DNA of 62,199 bases, filler included, from Rhizaria sp. SCN 62-66 (lineage: Eukaryota): the NCBI GenBank assembly GCA_001724265.1. It is 2 parts of 2 records of this genome, joined end to end, with 100 filler letters (N's around TTAATTAATTAA, not from the genome) between each part and the next. Parts side by side here need not be neighbours in the genome. Positions count along the whole stretch, not along the records: positions 31,415 to 62,199 come from MEDY01000363.1; 1 more part is not named here. One strand, 5' to 3'. The notes beneath the pieces were generated by a model. It saw only the letters and a program-made list of their open reading frames with translations. It did no database searches and had not been told where the DNA came from. Every line of letters begins with the position of its first letter. The first letter of the stretch is position 1. Shown piece after piece: positions 34,401-49,400 of the stretch. The position numbers and the translations under genes are program-made.

Positions 34401-37400
34401 TTAAAACCTCAGAGACACCAGTCGCAACATGAAGCTGCGAACTATTTGTGAACAAAGTGGAGTTCGTAGCATCAGAGGGCGCAAGCTTGCAATCTGTGCT
34501 TGAAGAGGTCACAGTAAAAACGGCTTCATGCGTTGGCGCCGGCATCAAACGCACACGCACACTGTGAGTGAGCTTAACAGCAACGCGGGCTAACGTAGTG
34601 GGTGAAGATAACGGTGGGAAAGCAACGGCGCGCGTAGCGAGAGAGTCTTCAATCCAGACTGCACCACGAACGCGGAAGGGCGCGCTGCGAAAAACGTCGT
34701 ACCAAGTGTTCTTGTCATTTGTGATAAGCAAAGTGGCGGGGTTGATCTCAGTCTCAACGGAGCAACTGACGGCAATGTCAACCGCAAGCATGGTGGCGTC
34801 GAACATGAACTCGAACGCACCATATGTGAGATTCTCGTACGCAGTCACGTCGTTGACAAGACGAAAGGCACATGTAGGCTGCGGGCCTGTGATGGAATCC
34901 GCAAGAACATCAACAATTAACGTGGTGACTTCAGCAGCGTAAGGTGCAAGCGCAATTGTAAAGACCCAGTCGCGGTTAGCGACAATCTCACCCTTAAACG
35001 CAAGTGCAGCTTCAATCTGTTCTGTGGAGAAAAGCACCGAGCCACGTACAAAAAGCGGGACTGACAACATTGGAAGGTAAATATCTCCTGAAACAGTCTC
35101 AGCAAGCAACATCACTGAAGATGACGTTGTAGAGCTACAAGAAGGGTAAATTGTTTTAACAGCATCCCCGAGAACAAAGATAACATTCAGAGTGTAGCTA
35201 AAGGACGCAACACCAGTGACCGAGTAGATCGTGAAGCCGCACATGCCAGCCGTAGTTGTAAAACTTAAGCGCATCGTTGTCATCGCCAGGACTGAAGGGA
35301 TCATGCCTAAGCGCATGCTTGTAACATTTGTGTTCGGCACGCGTAAGTAGTACGGGCTCTGCAACACTGCGGCACCAGAGGGTGCGGCTGTAAGCTCAAA
35401 CTTGTCACGAGAGTCGAGGTCCGTGATATCACGTTCAGCGCCGACTATGTTGTCTGGCACGATGAAGTCGAGCCCGATAAGGCCATATACAGGAAGAGGC
35501 CCGATAGTTGAACCCATGTAGGCATTACTGTCAATGACAATGTGCGAGCCAACGTTGTGCGTGTGGCGACACTTCATATTGGCAGTAAAATTCTCGGCGA
35601 CATTACTCTGCGTGAACACGGGCTCGCTCGTGTATAGCCCAACGCCGCGCAGCTGGAACACGCAGTCAGCAGGAGTCGTGATTTGTGCTGTCTTGACAGT
35701 CTGCACAACCTTGGGTGTTGGAACGAGCTGCGCGATGATGGGATATACTTGACCTGCGACAAAATTCGCATACGAATCAATTGAAGTGCCGTTAATTGTG
35801 AACACAAGTTCACCCTTGGTCTGTAGCGCTGTGGACAGGAAGTCTCGATAGTAAACATCAGACCCAGCAGCAAACTGTGCGATGATTTGAGGAGGCTCTG
35901 ATGCAGGGAAGTTGCACTTGACATCAGTGGTATAGCTGACGGCGCTCTGAGCGATCGCAATAGAGCCTGATTCCGCATTGAGACTGACGAAAATACACTC
36001 TGCAGTCGGGTTGCTAAATGACAACTCAAGAGTTGCCGCTGCGGGGAGTTCTGGCGAAAAGGTAAACTGCAGCGGTGTCGCATCGTAGAGAGGAAATTCG
36101 ACAATAAGCGCAGGATCCGTGAGATTGAGAACGCCACCGGGAGTAGCTGCACTGAGTGTCGTGCGGCCCATGAAGCGCAGGCGTTGCACACGCCACACTT
36201 CACCAGTGATGCCGCCAATCGAAATGCGTGTCTCAAGAACCTCAGAAGAGCGCATTACGGAGCAGGCAAAGAGGAAGTCAAAAGATCCTGTCGCAGCGTC
36301 AGTCGTGAGTACTTCACGGGTAATGCTTATTTTGGCAACATCTCCGCCAAAGAAACACGGGCCAATATTGGCGTAGGTAAGAGACACAGTCGCGTTGGCA
36401 GTCCGGACTGAGGGTAAGGTCCACTGGAGCTGAAGCAAGACGGGGAGAGAGTCGAAGAAGTATTCATATGACGCCGGTTCGTCATATGCAGCCCCCATGA
36501 GTGCGTTCGGACCCCGCTCTGGATCATACACTTGCGCCCGGGGCTGTAAAGTGAAGCTAAACGTATCAGGATGTGACACCAACCGTGGCGGGTACAGATA
36601 TGAGTCCGCGTGACGGGTCGCGGTTATATTCACGGAGTCAAGCACAGCTGCCGCCGGGGAGCACATAAACAGCACAGCGTGCCGTCCGTCCTCAGTCGCA
36701 GAGAGGCTGACACGGTGCACAACAGACTGCGAGAGCAGTCCATTTGCAAGCGCATTTGCGAAATCTGCCTCAGATCGGACTGCATCAATTGCAATGAGAT
36801 CGTCTGCAAAGCCAAACGCACAGATGGAGTCCGCGGTGTGCTCAAAGATGTTTGAGGTGAAACGTTCAATGTGGGCAGCAACATAGACCTCGATATAAAT
36901 GGGCGTGAGCACAGGAATAACAGTATAGCTCGAGGCCAGAGGTGAATAGGCGCTCACAAGTCGCAAGGAGGAATTTAACCACGCCACAACGGCGTTGTCA
37001 ATGATGTTGTACGACCCGTCATTATCAGGATAAGAGAGCGCTAACATAACATTCTCAGAAGGAGCGATGGCTTCAATGCAATCCATGGTGATTTCGACAG
37101 GCGTAAGCAATGATACATTGACACTCCGAGCACCAGAGATGGCGCCATACGACAACGTACAAGGCACTGTAAGCGGCATCGAGTTACGCGTGAGCTCAAC
37201 GGTGATTAAACTCGCAGACGCAAACAGCGGTTCCGCATAAAGTGTCACCTTGCGCGGCTGCGGAGTCCCCGTGACTTCGAACTCAAAGGGAAAGGGCATC
37301 GTTGCCATGGCGAATACGTTGCCCGTGACAACCCGCGCAGGGAGTTGCCTAGCGACGAACCCCTTATCTGTGGGGACAGCAAGTGTGACAACAACGCCGG

Positions 37401-40400
37401 TCTCAACCGGAGTCGTACACGACATGCGTGCGATGAGAATTGAGTTGTTGTCAAGGAGTGACTCGTCCAAAGGAATAGAGATAGGGGCAGCTAGTGTTTC
37501 AGCTGAAACACCGACCGGCTCAATCGCACGGAGGTACATGCATCCAGCAAGTGCGTGTGATGATGACAATGTAAACACAGTTGATTCCAAGAGCGGAACG
37601 TCAAAGTATACTGTGACATCAACGTTTGTGCCAGCAGGGTACACCGTGGGTGTCGAGTCCACCGTCGTCCCGACGTGTATAGTAGTTTCAAGCCAAAATG
37701 TTGGCCGGATATGCAACGGCTCGTCAAGCAGGAGCGCGTCATCGAAGGCATAACCGGCCGCCAGCGAGCCGACCCAAGGTGTGAGCTCTAGACGAGCTGG
37801 GTTTGCAGACAGTGTCGCATCTGAGCAGGAGATCACAAACGAGCTCGATAGCCCGACATAAGCTGCAACCGAGACAAGAGTCTCCGACACGTTGTCAATT
37901 GTGCATGGAGCCGCAGTGCCATCGTTTAAGCGGACGCGCACGCGGTATTTCTGCGCTTTGGCGGCTGCTGCTTCATCAAACAGAGCGAGTGGTTCTATTG
38001 AAAACGCAGACAAGAACGACACAGCTTCGCGAGTGTTTGCAACGGCGAGTTTGGGTGACCATGTGAAATTTGCTGAAGCCTGTGGCGTTGACCGCACCAT
38101 GTCCGAGCTTGTCGCCGTGGGCATCGCGGGACCGGTCCAATTGGGGGCGAGGGCCCCGGTATAAGACCATGCGACGTCCGTGGGACTTTGCATGTCCACA
38201 CGGTGCATGCATACCACGCTAATCTGGACCTCGCTGCTCGTATCAATAGACGGGTTGGTCGCGTTGACGACAGTCACTTGCCATAAGCCGGTGGAGCCGG
38301 TGAGACCACTGTCAACAGTAAACGAAAGAGTGTTAAGCACGGTAGTAATATTTGTAACAACGCCAGCCGTTGAAGCAGGGACTGTGTCAATTGTAACAGG
38401 CGATACAGCGGCAATCGAATCAAACGACGCTGATATCGGACCCCAAATCGTGCACGCAGCGTGCGAAACGGGCATCGGGAAGGTTTGTAAAGAGAAAGTC
38501 ACCGTCCACGTCGCCAGCGCACCGCGAACCAGGTTATCAATTATAACCGTTGTTGGCGTCTCTTCAACAGTCCGCATAAACTGCACCACCGGCGTTTTAC
38601 TCGGCCTGAGCGCTCCCATGACCGCCAAGTATGCGCCGTGTTGAGTGTAGGCCATGCTGACAATGCGCATGAAGTCTGTATCGCGCGTGTAATAACGCGA
38701 CGCATCGCTGCTGCTGGTGTCGTTGATATCGATTCGGTCAGCAGCGCGGTATTCTCGCGTGGGGTTCACAGCAACGTGCATCATAGAGCCGACAGTCTGA
38801 TCGCTGCGCAACAAAAGGCTCATGAGATCAGTGTTTGTCAGGATACGAACGGATACAAGCGCGCCTGTGTCAGCACAGCCAACAGTGAGCATGGTCCCTG
38901 AAGGGTGTACAGCGAGCGCGGAAATTGGGCAGACGGTACGGAGTGATCGCACGGGGTTAAGAGTGTACGCCACGATGCCTGCGACGACAGCGAAACGAAG
39001 CGTGACGATATCACCTTGATCTGTGCCAATGTAGATGTTGCCGGAGGACACATCAATTGCTGCAGTTGTGGGAGTGACTGGTGCGCCGTCTGAGGCAACT
39101 AGCGCCTCTGTTGCAGAGCCAAAACCAGAACATGTAAGTTCAAAGTCATCAACAGTTGGATCGTTCTTAGCACGGCTAAGTACAGCAAGTTTTTCGCGGA
39201 TTGAGGCAGCACAAATGCGGACGGCACCGGAGGCGTAAATGAAGACAATGCGCGTGGTAGGAGACGTCTTGATTGTAAGTTGCGTTGGAGCAGTCCAGTC
39301 GACTACCGCGACCAGCTCGTCGCCCGAAACTGGACTGGCAAAGCTGATGGACGTCTGCATGCGGTTAAGGAGCTCGCGGGTGAGAACGTTGGCACCACCT
39401 GAAGCACGCAATGTACGAGGGTTGAGCCTGGCCATCATCACGACTTCCTTATTGTCGTTGTATACAATAACGAGCGCGCCAGTAATTTCAGCGGACGAGA
39501 CAATGTACATGTGCGCTGCGCCACCACCAATGCGATGTTCAAAGAGGTCGGGATCAAATGGAAGATCGAGGTAATGTTTCGCGTCATCGACTGGTGGTGG
39601 TGCTGCCGCCGAGGTTGTGAGGAAGCGCATTGCGCCGACACGCGTGCTTGTTGGCGTTTCAGGCACCAGGCTGACAAAAGTTCCTTGGACACCGTATGCC
39701 GCAGCATGAGTGCTGACAGGAGCGGCGCGCGTGCTGTCTTGAGCTGTCCAGTCACCTGTAATCGCGGTTGACTTAAACTCGGCCCTGTAACACCCACGGT
39801 GGTAGCTGGAAAAGGCATAGCAGAAGGCGTAGTGGGAGTACGCATTCCAACTCACCATAACACCGGAGCTAGGAAGGTACCTTAATGGTGCGCGGTGAAA
39901 GTAACCGAAGTGTCCAGTTGGACGAGTGGCTGGCTTCCTAAAAGCATACACCGCTGCTGTAACACTTGCCGTCGTGGCCCGGGTTGCTGAGAGCATGTTT
40001 CCAGCCACAGGAGCTAGTAAATCGCTGGCAGCGGTCAGTGTGCCAACAAGGTCAATACGGAACACGACGGGGCTAGGGTACGTCTGCAGTGTGTTCGCTG
40101 TGCAGGTGATTGTCGTGGTCACTGTGCCGACTGCACACGTCGCTGTGTAGTTCAGATCAGAGTTGTGAACCACAACAACCACTGTCTGTGATACCATATT
40201 AAAGTATGGCTGTGTGAACGTCCACGTTGTAGAACTGTGCGTTGCATCAGGCGAGGCAAAGATAATGCTCATAGTGCCAGCTTCACCCATCACAGGGTTC
40301 AGATACTCAACAGCAATTATGGTAGGCGTGGTGCCATCAAACCAGCTTGTTTCAGGAAATGCAGCATCGCCTAAGGCGAGCAGAGCGCTCTCACCAGGAA

Positions 40401-43400
40401 TCTGCGCTGCAATGCGCAACGGGTTATTGATAGCAATAGTGCTGTTGATGGTGAGACTAGCAAACACGCCATATGCGAGGTCGCGTGTGTAGGGAGAAAT
40501 CGTGTCGTATAACGGGGGATTGAGCAGGAAAGTAGAAGGCACTGTTAGAGTTGTCTTGTAATCTGTGCTTGTCGCAGTCGATAAAGTGACGTACGAGCCG
40601 GCAGTTGTGCCTGGCGTTGTCATCGCGATTGCCTCACTGTCTAGCAAGAACACACTTGCTTCGCCACTGCGAACGTAGCTTGTGGTGATATCTGTAGAGG
40701 ACAGAGCGGTAACTACAGGGCTAAGCACAGGCATGGCGCGTAGCGTGCGCCAAAGCGCTGGGGCGCCAATTGCAACAAGGAATGTCTCACGATCAGGCGA
40801 TGCTAAGATAGCAGGAATGTTCGTATGCGTGGCGGAGGTAGCAGCTGAAGGAAGCGTGAAACTGATCTTGGTGTGGATACCGCTGCTCTCGTAGTGGGGC
40901 GTATCACTAATGCGCGACAGTACTGTGATGTAGCCATATGTCGTGAGCATCTTGCTTGCGGCACTCGTGCGGAACAACACAATCTGGTTCTCGAATGATG
41001 TAAACTTCATGTCAACGATGGGCTCGCCTGGAACAATAGCGACAATACTGGCGTTGTTGCTAGCGCCAGAAATCATAAAGACGTGGCTCAACAACGGTTC
41101 ACCAACCGTATCAATCCTTGTGGCGACGGCGAAACACTCTTCTGGACCAATGCCTTTGTACGCACTAAAACACATGTCAACAGCGGTCACAACGGCGCCT
41201 GGACGTGTGTCATTGTAAACGGTTGAGTCAGTAAACGTGGTCGTCAGCTGATCGCGTGTCAGAAGCTTACACGTGCTACCAGAGGATGAAGATCCACCCG
41301 AGCTAACGCGCACACATGCAATGAAGCCCAGTGCAGCTTGCGAGCTAGCAAGCGCGGTAATCACGCTGAGGTCATTGTACAAGACTTGCGTGCGCAAAAA
41401 GCTCAATGTGTTGTCGTTGGCCAGCGTGTAAGTAACCATTGATGGCCCAACAGGAACAAGCGCAACTGCGAAAGCAGTGTTGCGCAAATGCCAGCCATTG
41501 ATTACGGGCGCAAACACCGCAAACTCGGTTGCGACGAGCGCAGGGTAAATGGGCACTGCCTGAAGCGGGATTGCAATGTCGCATACAATGTGCCCGTCGG
41601 AAAAACTCGCGCCAACCGCTACAAGCCGCACGTTGTCAATATTAACAAAAACAGTGCGCTCGTCAGGCGCCACGGTCATTGCGTAGCGCGTGCCCTTTGG
41701 CAGATTGGCGACCTTAACCCACGCCGCACCCCGCAACTGGTACGAGGTGTGCGGCGACGATGCATAAACCAATTTCGAAGTAGCAGCATTCGACATGTAC
41801 AAAATGCTACCCGAGATGACATACAGTACATTCATGCTTGGTGACTGAGCTGTCGCGGAGATCTCGGGAAGTGTGGTGAACATCGAGGTTGCCGGTGCAC
41901 CCAAGTACAAATTACGCGGCACGATGCGGTTGCGCGGCGGAGGCGGCGCGTAGATCATGAGGTACTCGCCCGAGACTGTCGTGAGGGCCATGTTCATATA
42001 CCAGGCTGCAAACAATGCAGGCGCTGGGATTGACTCAGTGAAGCCTGCAGTCGAAATGATGTGCGAGATACCGTTAATCATCATGGTGACCACGTTCGTG
42101 GTCTGTTGTAGACCTTGTACAACAGTTTCAGTGCACAAACACTGCGTCGGGAGCACATAGGAAAGCTGCTCCGGGGCCCATAATGGCGCCGCATGCACAG
42201 AGGCGCCATTGAATTCGATCAGTGCGTCCAAGAGCTTGTAAGTATTGCATGTCGCAAGTGAGAACGTGGCCGTCTCCCACTGGTTTGGTGCGGAAACGCC
42301 AGTTGTATGAAAATTCACTGTAGTTGTCGATGTTGTCGTGGTTCCAGTGGGCAGCGAGAAACAGAATGATGCCTCGCTCGCGGAGGGCACGGTCTTGACC
42401 TTAAACGACACCGCCATTGCAAAGCTCTCACCAAGACCGATATAGCCATCGCCTTGCACCGTGGCGTCAGCCGACAGATAAACTGGTGCTACGGTGCTAA
42501 ACTTGCGGTCAGCTGCAAGATAGCGGTATGGTCCAGTCAAAGTGAAAGATAGATTGGCTGTTGGCACAAAAGCCATACGCGGCTCAGGACGTGGCTTTGT
42601 AGAGAGCATATACAGAGGCGGACTTGTCAGCGCACCGGTGAAGACGAAACTGTTAAGTGCGGTCATCGTTATTGAAACAGTGCGAATTGTAATAGTGATG
42701 TTCTTTTGGACTGCAAGTGAATTGCGGTAGCTCGAATCCTGCTTGTAATATATATTTTTCGTGACAAGCGTGCACGTGATACCCTTCGCCACAGCAGTGT
42801 CACTGTAACTCAAGACATACTTGAATCCGAGAGCCTTCTTAACAGTTGTATACGTTGTGTCGGTGAAGCCGTGGGAGAACAGGTCAAACACGGGCGTTTC
42901 CTGTGTCACAGTCGTCCCAGCGCCGCATGTAAGCGTGTTCGTCGCAGTGGTTGAGAAATAGAGACGAGATTGTTCGTGTGCAACGCCAGTTAACACCGGC
43001 ATCGACGGGAATATGATATAAAGCAAAGCGAATACACTTCCGGATTCCGGCATGAGCATCGGTGTTGGTGCAGTAAATGTGGTTTGTAAAGAGAACGCAC
43101 GCCCATACGACCCTCCGTGTGCAATTGGATTGATCACGAACAGGACAATCGTTGGCACAGCAAAGTCAGTGCGCAGTGCAAGAGGCACGGTGCTTTGGGC
43201 AATGGCAGTCGCAGCAGCCGAGGTCCTATCATAGCAGACAGTCATGGTAGCTGTCGGCGGGTCGACCAACGATGAAGTGTCAATAGTAACGTTGCGACGA
43301 ACCATAATGAATGACCTCCCTGCGGGCCATCCTTTAGTGAACTGAATAAAGACCTCCCCTGTTGCGGAGTCAACGCCACTCGTGCTGATGTCGGCGCTGG

Positions 43401-46400
43401 AGTAAGGCAATAGCGTTTGAGAAGATGCAACGATGAACCCTAGTGAGTTCATAAGGTTTGCCCATGATACGGCCATCGTCAGGAAATAATATGGCGGAAT
43501 CGGCATCGCTGGTGTCACCAAAATACCCATGTCAAGAGCAGTAGTAGTCGTGTAAGGACCAGGGAAGTCCCCCGTTTGAGGCGGCAACGAGAGGGCAAGA
43601 TCGCCCCAGTTTGTATACAAACACATCACGTGCATCGCTGCAGCAATCGATCCCATATTGTTTGTGGGACTGACACTGTAATCACCGGTGCTGACGGAAG
43701 CAGTTTTGGTATAGACCGGTGAAGAACCACTGAAATAGACAGAGTACGAAACGGAAACTGTTGAGTTGGAAATACAGATAAGGCCGGGAACGTTCACAGT
43801 CTGCGAGGACGTATCTGCTAACTGAAACGACATCGTGGTAGTTGGCACGTCCCACTCTCCAGGACGCTGAAACGTGTAAGACGAGACTCCTGTGTTGTGC
43901 GAAGTGCGCAGGACTGTTAAAAATGGAAAGAAATTGCAACGCCCGTCAAGACTGATCGTGATCGATGCTTCTGCCAACAATGCGACGGAGATCGCACTAA
44001 ATTGGCCGTTTAGCGTCAAGTATGTGCGGCTCGATGCAAGATGCTTTGTGAATCCCAGCGTGGGCAACAATGACAACGTCAGAGAAAGCTGAGCTGGTAG
44101 TACTGCAAGATTTGAGTAGCGAACGAGGCCACCCACAGACACAAGATCCAGCTTGTAAGCTTCTCCGGCCGTATAACTGACGGGGAAAGTATGGACCGGC
44201 TGCAAGCGCAGGGATCACAGCGATTGCGCGCAGGATGGTGCCGGAGAGAAGGCGCAACTCGATCTCTTGCTCGGCGACAAGACGACTGCAGGAGAAGAGA
44301 ACGCGCAGAGTCGGAGCAGCGGTAGCCGCGGCAAGACAAGTGTCTAGAGGCACATTACCACCGACAGTGACAGGAGTGCACAGCGAGCTCACTGTTGGTA
44401 ACAGGCTCTGAGCACTTTCAAGACTCACGTCTGTAGGCGTAACATGTGGTGAAGCGTCGCGCGTAGCCAAGGCAAGGGCCATACTGGCGGACACGTCGTT
44501 GATCGATGGCCACGCAACATCGCATGTCACAGTATAGCGGGCCGTCCCGACAGAGTGAGTACATGACTGTAAGACGACGATCGCGGGCTTGTCGGAGAGG
44601 ATGAGCTGCTTTGTCGCGTAGGCGAACGAGGTTGAAATAGCAGTCGCGGCAGAGCCATAGCCAAAGTTCATGAGCTTTTGAGCGTACGATGTCGTTGTTG
44701 CAGATGTTGTGCGGCTTCCAACAAGCTCAACAACAACAGCCAGACGCTCGGCCGGTACAGAGACTGTGACCTGCTTTAAGGTCACCGTAACATTGGTGTT
44801 GGCCATGCCGGCAATATAGGCAATTGTGATGATGCCCGCAGCGCCAACGCTTGCATATGCACTTGCCGTGCCAGTTCCTACAATCACGCTATATTGAGCA
44901 GAACTGTAACTGAGACCAGTCGTAGGAAGCGTGAGAATGAGATTCAAGCCAAAGGAGCTCAAAACAGACTGCGTGGACAAAATAACCATGCTCATACTCC
45001 GTTCATTCGCCCCAGAGATAGTATCTAATGCACTGAGAATAGACAGCGGCGGAGAAGGCACTAGTTGCGGCTGAAGAGCCTCTGGCAACACCACAATCGG
45101 CACTTCTGTGACAATCTGAGCCGGGTCAGACGCGGCCCGCGAGAGAATGGTGAGAGATCGCATTGGGTTAGCAGGACCTGGTGCGAACTCTCGTGTGAGC
45201 GGGATGCGCAACACGCAGCTAGCGGTGCTAGAACACGCAGAGACTGATGTTGTGGCTTCCGTGGTCACCGTCACAACAAGTGATGATGTTGGAACCCCGA
45301 TCGTTTTAAAACCGGCTACGGCGGGACTAATTGCCATGGGGTAGGAGTAATACGTGTAGTCACCTCCAGTGGGTAGCACAAAGTCAAAGTTGGGGACGCC
45401 AGCGAACCAGAACAGATCAAAGAACATGACTTGTAGGTGAAACGGAGCTAGAGAATACAGATCGGTCGCGCGCGTACGATCAACCACGGCTTGCAGCGGC
45501 GGCGGCGCGCCCACAGGGCCAAGCGAAACGCCGGAAGCAGTGGAGGTACCATACGCAATATCAACGACAATGCAGTTAGATGCATGATATGTTGGGGAGT
45601 CAAACGTGGCCAGCTTTGTGGGATCAAGTTGCAAGTGGGAAAAACCAAATACAAACGGGTAAGGTGGATAGAAAGGGCCATTGATGCAGGTTACAGTTAA
45701 CAACGTCGTTGTGACACTTGTAAGTGTACAATTAGCGGTGCCAGCGTGGAACGCGGTGTTGATAAAGCTCGACTTTGGCGACACAGGGCAGGTGGTAGTA
45801 TTGGCACTGAGGGAGACGACAACATCGACAGTCGCAGAAGTAATCACGTTGGTGAGCACTGTGCGAACATCAAAGCGTGCACGGTGCAGGGTTTCCGTGG
45901 AGTCGCGTGTCAATGTGACGCCATACATAAACATGTTGGGGGGCGGGATTGCGCCAAGCTCAACGTCATCCAATGGCTGGAAAGTCTGAACAGGTGTTAC
46001 GGCGCTAGTCAAAGTGAAACAATTCTTAGGAATGATCTCGGTGTCTTTGAAGGCACTTTCATGCGCGTTTTTAAGAGAATACGCAGCAGAGACGCGGAAT
46101 CCAACGTATTTGGGCTGAGGCGTTGGCATACAAGATGTCGGCACAGACATTGTGGTGAAACCGCCAATGTACCGCGTCGTGCAAGAACCGGTAGCCTGAT
46201 TAAGAAGGCTTACTGACTGGCCACTAGTGTAAACGCCACAGTCAGCCCCGAGCGAGAGAGTGTAGTCATCAACTGGCGAGCGCAGGGGAAATACGAAAAT
46301 GTGGATTGCCGCGGTTAGGTCAGTGACTGCCCATTCACGATCTGCGAGCATGATGTAGTAAGCAAAGGGCAGCACGCTGGAGTCAAGAGGTTTTGCCAGT

Positions 46401-49400
46401 GATTGACCGAAAAAGGCGTTGGCAGTCTGTGTAATAAGACCACCGAAGAGATACGTCGCATCAAGCGTGAACTTGAAGTCGGTGGTGGCGAACTAGCTCA
46501 GCTCATATGGTACACGGTAAGTCACGTTGAATTGCGTATACCGAAGGCCTGCAAGAGAGCAGCCGGTCAGCGTATCTGCAACCTTACTCGTGCACGTCTC
46601 AAATGAGGTTGGTGGGCTTGCGATTTGCGTTGATTGTGTGTAAGCGTAGCTGATTGTGAGAGTAGTCACCGTGCTGAAGAAAAATACCTTGGCAGTGTAA
46701 ACCTGGTTCGTCTGGGCAAATACCTCAGGCGGCTCCGTCACGTTTGACACGGTAGCAGAAATTACTGTGGTAATCATGTGCGACACAACAACGCTTGGAG
46801 GGGAGTTTGTGATCGTCTCATCCGTCAAATCGGTATTTTGCATCGTGACCGACACACCAACCACGTTGGAGCCCAGCATGCCCGCGGAAGATCCATAAGT
46901 TGTAAACAACATTTGGTAGTCGGAGTAAGTCGTTCGCACAGGACCAAAGCGGATCACCCGAACTGCATAGTACGCGTTACCGGGGCTTGTGACAGCATCG
47001 CAGTTGGTGAGTCGCAACAAACTCGTACTTTCCACAACCGGTGTGCAGGACATGGCGGTGTACTCAGTCAGGGTAGAGGCCGTTGTCGTGATGCCGGACG
47101 AGAATTGCAAGCCGGGCGCAATGGCCGCCTGCGTAGTTAGATTCAAAGCCCAATTGGTAGCAAGTGTGGTGTGGCCAAACAAAAGCAGCTCCCATGTCAC
47201 ATCAACCGGTGCAGTTGCATGTGTGGCATCGGCTGGATTCACAGTCGACGCGAGCTTTGCCGAAACAGGATACATCGTAAAGTCAAAGTGACGACTGAAC
47301 GCAGTAAGCGCGATTGGCGCAGTACCTGCCCGGGCCAGAGTACCCGCTGTGGTAGTTATGGTAATGTAGGTAGAGGGTTCAAAAGGATAGAACACGCTAT
47401 CAGTAACGTCAAAGCGCACGCCTACCGTATCGCGTGTGGTGACACGATAAGACGTTGCTGAGTTAAGCGCAACGGAGCCAGTGGCGCCAGACACCATGAC
47501 GTGCGGGCCAGAGGTCATGTTGGCAATAGAGTAGTCAAACGTGCCTGCAGCAGGTTTCGATGCGTAAATGTACATTCGAAGCGAAATCAGGAGGTGACGC
47601 GAAAGGACAACAGTGACACCAGTCACCATAGTACGATCGAGAGCTGTGAAGTGCCAATAGAATTGAGGAGTCGACGCGACACGCAGCAAGAGCGGTGCCT
47701 TGGCGGCCACACCGTTGGTCGGGTTGCCCGGCGTAAGAAGCTTCACCGCAGTTGCCACCAGCTCATAGGGATCCAAGGTAGAAACGCGATGAGCGTTGTT
47801 GTCAAACACAACCGCCATGTTTGTTACTGTACAGCTAATTACGGAATCGACGCCTGCTGTGAAAGATTTCGTTGAGGTGACTTTGAGCGCTAAAACGGAC
47901 TTGCTCTGAAGAACGCAGTCTCCGCCTACAGCCGCGGCCGAGAAATCAAGCGAGTTTGCAGCTGCAAAAAATGTGAGTTGACTCGCGCTTGTAAAATCTT
48001 CAGCTGAGTTGATGACGAAGACACCTCCAACAGTTGTCGTCACTTGCATAGGGTCTAAAGCCGGTGTGATGCTAAAACTGGAAGCGGTATAGCCAAACGT
48101 CACTAACGGAATGCGTCCATAGGAAACGTCGTGAAGAGCGGTGAACGTTCCGTTAGTGTTGGTGAGACTAAAACACTCCTTTGGCAGAAGCTGTGTACTT
48201 GCAAACGCGTTGCTCTCTGCGCTGCCAAGATAGTAGCCGTCAGTGACACGAAGACCAAAGTACTTGGGCTGAACGGAGGGCAGGCATGTTGCGTTGGCAG
48301 TCACAGTTGAAAACGTAGTCCCGTAGCAGGACGCAATCAAATTCAAGGTAGTAACAGCTTTGCCAGATCCCTGGAAAAGCCCGCAGTCGCTGCGGATAGT
48401 GACCGTGCTGCTTGCGACAGAAGTGCTGAGGGGGAAAATATAATTGGAGCACCGCGGTCAAATCAGTGCCAATCCAGGCATTGTTTGTCAAAAGCACGTG
48501 AAATGCAAATGGCATGCCGGCAACAACAGGCACGGCCAAAGATGTGCTTGTGAAGGCGCCGACTGTGGCAGTCTGAGCGCCGCCAACAACGTATGAAAAC
48601 GACAGTGCAAACGAAAAATCAGTCGTTGCAGCGGTGGCATACTCATAGAGGACAGTATATGACTGAGTGAAAGAGACCGGCATTGGCACCGTTGCTGATG
48701 ACGTGCATGTGACGCTGCCTGCAGTCAGTACAGTGCAAGAGTCAGTGGAGGTTGGGGCGCCAATGGTGGCACTTGCGCCCGAATAGGAGTACGCTGCTGT
48801 CATGGTCGAAATTCGTTTAAAGAAAAACACCTTCATCAAGTACGTCTGTGTCGTCGATGCAGTATCTGTTGGTGTCGTTGCTGTTGGGCTTGTCACTGCG
48901 GCCGAGTTGACCACCTTGGTCTTCATCTGGGGCACGACATTAGGCAGCGACGTAGACGCAATAATAGTCTCGTCCGTCAAATCGGTATTCTGCTGAGAGA
49001 CCCAGACGCCGGACGAGGCAATTGTGCCAATCATACCTGTTGTCGTCGAATACGTTGTAAACATGGCCATATAGCTCGCGTAAGTGGTGCGCACTGGCCC
49101 GAAGCGGAGAACGCGCGGCACAAAGCGCGCAGAGCCCGCGGTGGTGATTGGGGCACAGGAAGAAAACTGTATGGTGGTCTCCGCTGTAACAGACGGCGTG
49201 CATGTGACGGCCGTGTAGTCGGCCGACGCCGATGTCTCCATAGCAATTCCTGACTTGAACACGGTTGCTGGTGCAATGCCAGCCTGCGCGTTGATGATAA
49301 ACGACCAGCTGGCGCTGAGAGCGACGTGCGCGAAGATGACGACTTCGAACGACACGTCGACGGGCGCTGTTGTATGGCCGGCGTCTGCGGCGACGACGGC

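Noticed and set aside
44200-44218. A 19-nt GT...AG micro-intron that would also fix the second frameshift
   Set aside because: It is GC-rich, has a donor unlike the others, is far shorter than all other introns here, and has no equivalent at the first junction. Disfavoured, though only cDNA can exclude it.
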